Notes under the pieces: model-generated
Seen by the model: only the letters and a program-made list of their open reading frames with translations
Databases searched by the model: none
What the model was told of the DNA's origin: nothing
Position numbers and translations under genes: made by a program
In this document: positions 38,664-46,375 of the stretch, piece by piece
How the letters are laid out: each line of letters starts with the position of its first letter
How positions within the stretch are numbered: the stretch's first letter is position 1
Origin: an uncultured bacterium
Lineage (GTDB): Bacteria; Planctomycetota; UBA1135; GCA-002686595
Reading direction: 5' to 3'
Assembly (NCBI GenBank): GCA_943787795.1
Contig: CALSNU010000007.1
Location: forward strand, 113,046-177,045
DNA: 64,000 nt

Positions 38664-39161
38664 ATGCTTTGCTCTGACCTCTTCCTGACCGACGCCTTCC
38701 TCATCAAGGGGAACGTCGAGAACAAGTACACGCGGCTGTCCAAGATCCTGGACGAGCATCGAAAGACGTTCCTCCGGATCCGGGACTGCACGCTCGTGGA
38801 CCTGAAGTCGCGAGACCAGATCCACACGCCGCTGCTCCACATCAACCTCGACGAGGTGCTGATCGCCCACGAGTTCCTCGATGAGGCCGGGGATGGCGTG
38901 ATGGCTGAGATCTCCCGTGAGGCGGACCTCGACAAGGTGCGTGTCTTCTACACAGGGCACCTCAACATCGAGCTGGCGGGCTTCATTCGGCCGGGTTCCT
39001 ACGACGTGTCGGACACGTCCACGCGCCGCTTCTTCGTGATGCGGGAGCCCGAGCTGCGCGGCTTCAACGATCAGGGCGACGACGAGCTCCGGAAGCTCAC
39101 GGACCTCTCCTACGCGATCGTCAACAAGCAGCGCCTGAGCTACGTCTACGACTTCAATTGA
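38664..39161 (+). CDS. Hypothetical protein with two tandem small beta-domains (DUF6812-like)
   Basis: Strong GC3 codon bias. Halves LIKG..RLSKILD..FL.I.D..LHIN and IELAG..RFFVM..AIVNK resemble each other. Confidence 0.65.
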   Translation: MLCSDLFLTDAFLIKGNVENKYTRLSKILDEHRKTFLRIRDCTLVDLKSRDQIHTPLLHINLDEVLIAHEFLDEAGDGVMAEISREADLDKVRVFYTGHLNIELAGFIRPGSYDVSDTSTRRFFVMREPELRGFNDQGDDELRKLTDLSYAIVNKQRLSYVYDFN

Positions 39162-39204
39162 GTCGTCGGCGGTCGGGCAGGCGTCTCCGCGCCCGACCCA
39201 CGGG

Positions 39205-40218
39205 CTACTCTTCGGGAGCCTCGCTCGAGTCGTCCGGGTCATAGGCCCCCTCGGGGTCGACCTCGTCCAGCAGGCTCAGGTAGCTCGCATAGCGCGTGTC
39301 CGCGAGGAGCCCCTCTTCCGACGCGTCGGCCACCCCGCAGCCCGGCTCATGGTCGTGGGTGCAGTCGGTGTACTGGCAGCTCGCCTGGAAGGGCGCGAGG
39401 TCAGGGAACAGGTCCCGAACCTGGGGGCGCTCCAGCCCGTGCAGGCGGAACACACGGATCCCGGGGGTGTCGACCACGTAGCCGCCCATCTCGAGGCGGT
39501 GGAGCCGTGAGTAGGTGGTCGTGTGCTTGCCCTGCTTCCAGTAAGAGCTGATCTTCCCCTCCTTGATGTTGAGTCCCGGCTGAATCCGGTTCAGGAGGGT
39601 CGACTTCCCCGCCCCGCTCGGCCCGTAGAACACCGACACCCGATCCTTGAGGAGCGCGCACATCTCCTCCACGCCATCACCGGACTTGGCAGAGGTGACG
39701 AGGACGCGCAGGTCCGGGACGTCCTGATAGGTCGAGACGTAGCGATCGACGAACGTGCCCTTCTTGTCGAGGTCCGCCTTGTTGAACACCAGCACCGCCG
39801 GGATCTGGTGCCAGCTACAGGCGGCGAGGATCCTGTCGGTCCGATTGCTCGAGAAGCCGGGGCTCCGGAGAGAGCCGATGACGAACAGCTGGTCCACGTT
39901 CGAGACGAGGACCTGCTCGCGCGGGTCGTGGGAGGAGGCGACCCTGCCGAGGTAGTTCCGCCTGGGCAGGACCTCCTCGAGGCTCGCGGGGTCCGTGGAG
40001 AGGTCCAGCCGGACCCGGTCGCCCACCGCGACGGGGTTCTTCTGCCCCTGGAGGTCCTCGAACAGCGCGCCGCGCAGGGCCGCGAGGATGGGCTCCCCCG
40101 GGGCGGTCTCGCGTACGGCAGACGACCCTGCGGTGACGGTCTCCTCGTCCACGTCCACGTGGACCACCTTGGCGTCCACGCGGACGACTCTCCCGAGAGC
40201 GTTGGCGCCAGCAGTCAT
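39205..40218 (-). CDS. rsgA: Ribosome small subunit-dependent GTPase A
   Basis: AVGDRV, NKAD, GPSGAGKSTLLN, GKHTT, DTPG, zinc finger CQYTDCTHDHEPGC. Confidence 0.96.
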   Translation of the reverse strand: MTAGANALGRVVRVDAKVVHVDVDEETVTAGSSAVRETAPGEPILAALRGALFEDLQGQKNPVAVGDRVRLDLSTDPASLEEVLPRRNYLGRVASSHDPREQVLVSNVDQLFVIGSLRSPGFSSNRTDRILAACSWHQIPAVLVFNKADLDKKGTFVDRYVSTYQDVPDLRVLVTSAKSGDGVEEMCALLKDRVSVFYGPSGAGKSTLLNRIQPGLNIKEGKISSYWKQGKHTTTYSRLHRLEMGGYVVDTPGIRVFRLHGLERPQVRDLFPDLAPFQASCQYTDCTHDHEPGCGVADASEEGLLADTRYASYLSLLDEVDPEGAYDPDDSSEAPEE

Positions 40219-40249
40219 TGGCGACAAGGGTACGCGGTATCCTCTCACC

Positions 40250-41023
40250 ATGGATGAGGGACAGGAGGTGATCCGTTCACGGGCCAACCCGGCCCTGAAG
40301 CGCGTCGACCGCGTGGCGCGGGGCAAGGAGCCCGAGGCCATGCTCCTGGAGGGTGAGCGGCTGGTGCTCGATGGGCTAGGTGCCGGGCTGGAGCCGGAGC
40401 TGCTCCTGGTGCGGGACGATCGCTTGGAGTTGATGGAGCGGCTCCAGGGTCCCAGTACGCGGGCCGTTGCCGCCCCGCTGTTCGAGCGCCTCGGCACTCT
40501 CTCCACGCCGCCCGGGGTCCTGGGCGTGTTCCCACGGCCTGCGCAGCTCGATGAGGTCGACCTCGAGGGGTCCCTTCAGCGCCACGGGCTGGTGCTCGGC
40601 GTCGCCGGGGTGGCCGATCCGGGCAACCTCGGAGCCCTCGCGCGCAGCGCCGAGGCCGCTGGTGCCACGGCGCTCGTCGTGGCAACGGGGGGCGCTCGAC
40701 CCTTCACTCCCAAGGCGCTCCGGGGCTCCATGGGGAGCCTGCTTCGTCTGCCGGTGTACGAGATCTCGGACCTTGGTCGCGCCGTGGGAGCGCTCGAGCG
40801 CGGTGGGTTCCGCCAGCACATCGCCGCGACCCGCGGCGGCGCTCCGCTCGACTCGACGTCGTTCTCCAAGCGGGTGGTCGTCTGGATGTCGGGAGAGACC
40901 GGGGAGGCTCCGGCCGAGCTGCGCGGCTGCGAGCCGGTCACCATCCCCATGGCGGGCCAGGTGGAGTCCCTCAACGTCACCGTCGCCGGCGCGCTCATGC
41001 TGTTCGCCGCCGGGCGTCGCTGA
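40250..41023 (+). CDS. TrmH/SpoU-family RNA 2'-O-methyltransferase
   Basis: IRSRANP, LEGERL, DPGNLGALARSA, IPM..VESLNV. Confidence 0.93.
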   Translation: MDEGQEVIRSRANPALKRVDRVARGKEPEAMLLEGERLVLDGLGAGLEPELLLVRDDRLELMERLQGPSTRAVAAPLFERLGTLSTPPGVLGVFPRPAQLDEVDLEGSLQRHGLVLGVAGVADPGNLGALARSAEAAGATALVVATGGARPFTPKALRGSMGSLLRLPVYEISDLGRAVGALERGGFRQHIAATRGGAPLDSTSFSKRVVVWMSGETGEAPAELRGCEPVTIPMAGQVESLNVTVAGALMLFAAGRR

Positions 41024-41143
41024 GGAGCCTTCAGGCCCGGACCGCTTGTGGCTCGGGGTGCCGCGGGCCACACTCAATCCGGGGTCGCGTGCCCGCGGCA
41101 CCTTCGTCGCACGGCGACCTGGAACCCGGGTGGGAGAGCGACG

Positions 41144-42463
41144 ATGGAATCACGACGATGCGCGCTGGCCGGATCCTTCCTCTCACTGGTGGGTGCGGTC
41201 CAGCTCCCCGCTCAGGAGGCGGCTGCCCCCGCCACCGGCGCTCCCGATGCGACCATTGGGCCGGTCCTCGGGGACCTGCGCCCCGACGGCGCGAAGGTGT
41301 GGCTCCGGCTCGACGGCGGCCGCACGGCGCGGCGCACGCTGTTCGAGGACGGCGCCCCCCGCAGCCGGGGCCCGCTCAAGCCGCGGGTCGACGCGGACGG
41401 GACGGCGGTGCTCGAGCTCGAGCGGCTCCGGCCAGGGACGGACTACCGGGTCCTCCTCGAGGTGGAGGGAGAGGCCGACCTGGAGGTCACCTTCACCACG
41501 CCGAGGCCCCACGCCGAGGTGACGTCCGCGCGGGTGGTGTTCGGCTCCTGCGCGAGCCACGACCGCTTTGAGGCCCAGCCCATCTGGACGTCCATGGCGG
41601 CCGTGGAGCCTGACGCCGTGGTGCTGCTGGGGGACACGCCCTATATCGACAGCACGGAGCTCGCGCGGCAGCGCCGCCGCTATCGGGAGTTCTGGTCCAT
41701 CCCCGAGCTGCGTCCGCTCGCAGCGAGCGTCCCGGTCTACGCCACATGGGACGACCACGACTTCGCCACCAACGACCAGGTGGGGGCCCAGCCGGGGCGG
41801 GAGCGGTCGCGGCGTGCGTTCATCGAGTATCACCCCCAGCCCTCCTTCGGCGACGGCGAGGGCGGGATCTACACGTCCTTCCGGCGGGGACCCATGGAGG
41901 TCTTCCTGGTGGATACTCGGTGGTTCGGAGACGAGGAGGCGTTTGGTGAACCGGGCTCGGGGCAGACCTCCTTGCTCGGCGCCGTGCAGCGGGAGCAGCT
42001 GATCGCTGAGGTCTCCGCGTCGGAGGCGGACGTCAAGGTGCTGGCGTGCGGGATGGTCTGGAACGGGGCGGTCCGGCCGGGCAAGCGCGACTGCTGGTGG
42101 ACCTGGCGCCACGAGCTCGACGGGATCCTCTCCGCCCTCGGTGCGGCCAAGGTCAAGGGCGTCGTGCTGGTGGGCGGGGATGTCCACAGGCCCCGCATCA
42201 TCCGGCACGGAGACGCGCGAGAGCGCCTGGGGTATGCGCCGATCGAGTTCGTCTCGTCTCCCATGGCGAATCACCCGATCGCCGCGGCCGCAGCGCCGCA
42301 CCCTGGTCTGCTCTGGGACGCGACCGCGGACTCGGTGGCCTTCGTCCTCGAGGTCGAGGTCGAGGTCGGTGAGTCGGCGCCGAGGGTGGAGGGGCGGATG
42401 ATCGGCCCCAAGAACGAAGTCCTCCGGACCCACCTGGTGGATCCAGAGGACCTCGGCTACTGA
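41144..42463 (+). CDS. phoD: Alkaline phosphatase D family protein
   Basis: FGSC, LLGDTPYID, ATWDDHDF, DTRWF, LLG..Q, GDVH; signal-peptide-like N-terminus. Confidence 0.85.
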   Translation: MESRRCALAGSFLSLVGAVQLPAQEAAAPATGAPDATIGPVLGDLRPDGAKVWLRLDGGRTARRTLFEDGAPRSRGPLKPRVDADGTAVLELERLRPGTDYRVLLEVEGEADLEVTFTTPRPHAEVTSARVVFGSCASHDRFEAQPIWTSMAAVEPDAVVLLGDTPYIDSTELARQRRRYREFWSIPELRPLAASVPVYATWDDHDFATNDQVGAQPGRERSRRAFIEYHPQPSFGDGEGGIYTSFRRGPMEVFLVDTRWFGDEEAFGEPGSGQTSLLGAVQREQLIAEVSASEADVKVLACGMVWNGAVRPGKRDCWWTWRHELDGILSALGAAKVKGVVLVGGDVHRPRIIRHGDARERLGYAPIEFVSSPMANHPIAAAAAPHPGLLWDATADSVAFVLEVEVEVGESAPRVEGRMIGPKNEVLRTHLVDPEDLGY

Positions 42464-42472
42464 GCTCCTGCG

Positions 42473-43156
42473 CTAGCGGCGAGAGCGCCTGGATCCCGTG
42501 CGTCCCTTGAGGGCGCTCGAGCCGCGTCGCTGGGGCTGCCGCTGGACTCGTTCAGGGAAGCGGCCGGTGCCGCCCCGGGCTCCGGCGCGGCGCTCATCAG
42601 AGCGCTGCCACCGGGACCGCTGGTTGTCGGAGGGCCCGACGGCGCCTCGGGGCGCGCGCTGAGCGCGGGCCGGGCGCTGCCCTTGGGCCTTCGACCGTCC
42701 GCGCGCGTCGCCCAGCCGTCGGGCGGCGCGCCCGCGCTTCATCCGCGCCTGAGCACGCGCGGACCTGACGCGGGTGGAGCGGTCGCGGCTCGGTCGGGCC
42801 GACCCAGCGCGGGTCGACTCAGCGCGGGTCGACTCAGCGCGGGCCGACCCAGGGCGAGCGTTGGGCCTGCGACGAGCTCCCGCTTCCTCCCGTTGACCGG
42901 CGCGCCTGCCCTCCGCGCGGCGCGCTCCCTGGACGTCCCTGCGGGACCTGAGCTTCGAGCTTGAGCCCCGGACTCGTCGTCCCTCCCGGGCGTCGAGGCC
43001 GTCGAGGCCGTCGAGGCCGTCGGGGGTGGCCGGCGTCTCCGACGTGACGGGCGCCTTCTGGCCACCGCGACGCGTCTCCTGGGGCTGCGCCTCGGCGGAC
43101 GGGGAGAGCGAGATGACGAGCGCCCAGGCGAGCAGCGCGAGTGAGATGTGCTTCAT
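42473..43156 (-). CDS. Secreted Arg-rich low-complexity hypothetical protein
   Basis: Classical signal peptide MKHISLALLAWALVISLSPSAEA/Q, then an R/G/A/S-rich region with internal repeats. Confidence 0.55.
   Translation of the reverse strand: MKHISLALLAWALVISLSPSAEAQPQETRRGGQKAPVTSETPATPDGLDGLDGLDAREGRRVRGSSSKLRSRRDVQGARRAEGRRAGQREEAGARRRPNARPGSARAESTRAESTRAGSARPSRDRSTRVRSARAQARMKRGRAARRLGDARGRSKAQGQRPARAQRAPRGAVGPSDNQRSRWQRSDERRAGARGGTGRFPERVQRQPQRRGSSALKGRTGSRRSRR
42795..42854. repeat. 15-bp tandem repeat x4 within the Arg-rich ORF
   Basis: cgggccgacccagcg / cgggtcgactcagcg x2 / cgggccgacccaggg. Confidence 0.85.
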
Positions 43157-43292
43157 GTGTCGTTCCTGTTCAGGGTCCATTCGATGCCGCGACTGGTGGG
43201 CGGCACGAGGGAGGAACCGGGGGGAACGAGCGTGGGTTTGCGCCGATACGTCAGCGGAGGGGTCGCTGTTGCCAGCGGTCGAGAACGGACCG

Positions 43293-43769
43293 TCAGGGGG
43301 GCGGCGCCTCGTCCGGCGTCTCGTCCGGAGCCACGTTGACCATCCAGGTGGAGAAGCCGTCGAGGAACGCCCGGAACCCCTCCACGTGCTCGGCGGGGAA
43401 GCCGTAGTTCGCCGGCGCCTCGTCGATCACCCGGTGGAACGCGTCCAGCCAAATGCCCCTGGCCGCCTCGTCGATCTCGAAGGGGAAGTGCCGCATCCTC
43501 ATGCGCGGCGGCCCGTACCGCTCGTTGAACAGTGGTGGCCCCCCGAGCAGCTGTACGAAGAAGGCCGCCGAGCGCTCGGAGGCGGCCTTCATGTCGTCAG
43601 GGAACCAGCGCCGCAGGTCCGACTGCTCCAGCTCCCCGTAGAAGTCGGCGAGCATCCGGAAGACGCCCTCCTGACCGATCGCCTCGAGGATCTCGGGGGA
43701 CGGCCGGGTCATCTGGGGCGGCCCAGAGGCGGGGACGTGAATCGGGCGTGTGCGTTCAGGCGCGGACAT
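43293..43769 (-). CDS. Truncated (2/2) hemoglobin, group II-like
   Basis: IG..G..DFY, FP.D, QLLGGPPLF, G.PRMRMRHFPFEID..WL, WMVN. Confidence 0.9.
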   Translation of the reverse strand: MSAPERTRPIHVPASGPPQMTRPSPEILEAIGQEGVFRMLADFYGELEQSDLRRWFPDDMKAASERSAAFFVQLLGGPPLFNERYGPPRMRMRHFPFEIDEAARGIWLDAFHRVIDEAPANYGFPAEHVEGFRAFLDGFSTWMVNVAPDETPDEAPPP

Positions 43770-43969
43770 GGTGGGAGTCTAGGGCCTCTCCGCCGGACGT
43801 CGCCCCCCATGCTCCAGAGTCATGGATACGCCGGCGGAGGAGGGATGGGCGCTGGACCTCCTCACGCCTTCTCCGTCCTTGCTGGCGGCTCTCTTCTTCG
43901 AGTCATGGTCCCGTCCGGGGGGGGGGCGTACCATCGACCCCGAGGCGCCGACGGAGGTCCTCGATCACC

Positions 43970-45265
43970 ATGACCGCAGCCCTCTTCGATGATGACGATC
44001 CGCGTGGGCGTGATCGTGAGGACCCGGTCGCGGAGGCGCCCGCCGACGCGCCCCTGGCCGAGCGCGTCCGGCCGCGACGGGCGGGGGAGGTCTTCGGACA
44101 ATCGCACCTGCTGGGCGAAGGGAAGCTCCTGCAGCGTGTCCTCGACGGGGAGGTCCAGCAGAGCCTGCTCCTCTGGGGGCCGCCGGGCGTGGGGAAGACC
44201 ACCCTCGCGCGCCTTGTGGCCGACGCTTCGGGTGCGCGTTTTGTGCCGTTCTCGGCCGTGCTCTCCGGGGTGAAGGAGGTCCGCGCGGTGATGGGAGAGG
44301 CGCGGGACCGCCGCGCGCGGACCGGCGATCGCACGCTGCTCTTCGTGGACGAGATTCACCGCTTCAACAAGGCGCAGCAGGACGCCTTCCTGCCGTTTGT
44401 CGAGCGGGGGGACGTGCTGCTCATCGGTGCGACCACGGAGAACCCGTCCTTCGAGCTCAACGCGGCGCTGCTCTCGCGCTGCCGCGTGCTGGTGCTGGAG
44501 CCGCTCTCGTCGGAGGAGACGGTCGGGCTCATCCAGAGCGCCTGCCAGTCGGAGCGGGGCCTGGGCGGCCGGATCGAGCTGGATGACGAGCAGGTCAAGC
44601 GGATCGCCAACGCCAGTGACGGGGACGCCCGGCGGGCGTTGACCCTGCTGGAGACCGTGGCCGCGGTGAGCCTGAGCGGCGGCAGGGTGGACGACGACGC
44701 CCTCGCCGAGGCGCTCCAGCGCAAGTCTGTGCGCTACGACCGCTCGGGAGATCAGCACTTCGACCTGGTCAGCGCGCTCCACAAGAGCATCCGCAACTCG
44801 GACCAGAACGCCGCCATCTACTGGCTGGCGCGGATGCTGGAGGGAGGAGAAGACCGGCGCTACCTCTCCCGGCGCCTGGTCCGGATCGCCTCCGAGGACA
44901 TCGGCCTGGCTGACCCCTTTGCGCTCCGGGTGGCGCTCGATGCCGCGGATGCGTTCGATCGCCTCGGGGTTCCCGAGGGCGACCTGGCCCTCGCCCAGGC
45001 GGCCGTGTACCTCGCCAGGGCGCCCAAGAGCAACGCCGTCTACAAGGCGCTGGCGGCCGCCCAGCGGGATGTGCAGGACACCGCGAGTGAACCCGTCCCC
45101 CTGCACCTGCGGAATGCCCCGACGGCCCTGATGAAGGGGCTGGGTCACGGCCAAGGCTACCGGTACGTGCACGACGACCCCAAGGCTCGCGAGGAGATGA
45201 AGTGCATGCCGCCGGGGCTCGAGGGCCGCAAGTACCTCGAGGACGATCCTCCGGCGCGTTTCTGA
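43970..45265 (+). CDS. rarA: Replication-associated recombination protein A (MgsA)
   Basis: PLAERVRP, WGPPGVGKTT, DEIHRFNKAQQD, GATTENPSF, SALHKSIR, SEDIGLAD, VPLHLRNAPT. Confidence 0.97.
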   Translation: MTAALFDDDDPRGRDREDPVAEAPADAPLAERVRPRRAGEVFGQSHLLGEGKLLQRVLDGEVQQSLLLWGPPGVGKTTLARLVADASGARFVPFSAVLSGVKEVRAVMGEARDRRARTGDRTLLFVDEIHRFNKAQQDAFLPFVERGDVLLIGATTENPSFELNAALLSRCRVLVLEPLSSEETVGLIQSACQSERGLGGRIELDDEQVKRIANASDGDARRALTLLETVAAVSLSGGRVDDDALAEALQRKSVRYDRSGDQHFDLVSALHKSIRNSDQNAAIYWLARMLEGGEDRRYLSRRLVRIASEDIGLADPFALRVALDAADAFDRLGVPEGDLALAQAAVYLARAPKSNAVYKALAAAQRDVQDTASEPVPLHLRNAPTALMKGLGHGQGYRYVHDDPKAREEMKCMPPGLEGRKYLEDDPPARF

Positions 45266-45300
45266 GCGGCTACAGGCCCCTCGAATCGAGCACTAGAGCC

Positions 45301-45329
45301 TTGTCTGAGGCATCTGAGGGCTCTACAAC
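45301..45329 (+). promoter_or_regulatory. Sigma70-type promoter for the candidate sRNA
   Basis: TTGTCT (45301-45306) - 17 nt - TACAAC (45324-45329). Confidence 0.5.
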
Positions 45330-45335
45330 CTCGCA

Positions 45336-45437
45336 ACCCGCAGGTGACTGTGGGCGCGGAGGACGGCGTGTTGCCGTTCCTTCCGTAACGCAAGCCACGG
45401 GGCTGCGGCGCTTGCGTCGTGGCCCCGTGACTTTTCA
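45336..45437 (+). ncRNA. Candidate ~100-nt structured small RNA
   Basis: Three consecutive hairpins (GUGA GNRA loop; bulged stem; 15-bp stem with CUUG loop + ACUUUU); G.U pairs specify the + strand. Confidence 0.6.
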
Positions 45438-45480
45438 TGCGCCGCGTCCCTCGACGGTGGAACGTCGATGCGTACGGCGG

Positions 45481-46368
45481 CTACTCGATCCGGAGGGCCA
45501 GCACCGGACCGCTGGCCTGCTTGAGGACGGCGTGGGTGACTCCCCCGAGGATCGCGGCGCTCAGGCCGGTATGGCCTTGGGTGCCCATGACCGTCAGGTC
45601 GCCTTCCTGTCGAGCCTCCTCGATGGCGCTGATCGTGGGGCCGACGACAAACTCAGTGGTGTGCTCGACACCCTGCCAGTCGACCTCGTCCATCCGCGCT
45701 TCAAAGCTCGCCTTGATGGACTCGTGAAGTCCTTCGACGACATAGGCGGGGACCATGAGGTCTGCGCTCCCCTGCGTCATGGGGTCGAAGAGCGCCGGGG
45801 GCTGGCTCACGTGCAGCACCGAGAGCGGCAGCTTGAGGTGAAGCGCCAGGTCGCGTGCCATCTCGAGCGCCGTCATGCCACGGGTGGAGAGGTCACAGGG
45901 CGCCAGGATCCGCGTGAGCGGGCGGGGCTCGGTGGGCTGGCTCCAAACATGGCAGTGGGCGCCGGCAAAGACCGCGCGCTGGGTTCCGCCGAGATCGAAG
46001 AAGTGCTGCTTCGTGTGCGGCCCAAGGATGACCAGGTCAGCCCCGATGGACCGCGCGGCGCGCAGCAGCGCAGCGTGGGGGCGACCGAGCTCCACGTGGA
46101 CCTCACTGGCGCCCCGGCCGAGGCGTGCGTCCGATCGTTCTCGCATGCGATGGGTGGCGGCCTCGGCGAGCTTCACCGTGTGATCGACGATCTCGGTGAT
46201 CGGGCCGCTCGTGTCATCGACCAGCGGCACGTCGAGGGCATGGACAACGTGGAGCTGCGCCCCGAAGGCCGCGGCGATCTTCGCCGCTGCGTGCAGCGCG
46301 CGGTCGCCTCCGGCGCGGCCGTCGTCTCCAACGACCGCGGACGCGATGGGCAGGAGAGTCTTCGTCAT
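45481..46368 (-). CDS. Universal stress protein (tandem UspA domains)
   Basis: LHVVH, G.P..L..A..ADLVILG, ILAPCDLS, DLTVMGTQGHTGL..ILGGVT.AVL..PVL. Confidence 0.93.
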   Translation of the reverse strand: MTKTLLPIASAVVGDDGRAGGDRALHAAAKIAAAFGAQLHVVHALDVPLVDDTSGPITEIVDHTVKLAEAATHRMRERSDARLGRGASEVHVELGRPHAALLRAARSIGADLVILGPHTKQHFFDLGGTQRAVFAGAHCHVWSQPTEPRPLTRILAPCDLSTRGMTALEMARDLALHLKLPLSVLHVSQPPALFDPMTQGSADLMVPAYVVEGLHESIKASFEARMDEVDWQGVEHTTEFVVGPTISAIEEARQEGDLTVMGTQGHTGLSAAILGGVTHAVLKQASGPVLALRIE

Positions 46369-46375
46369 GGCAGGT

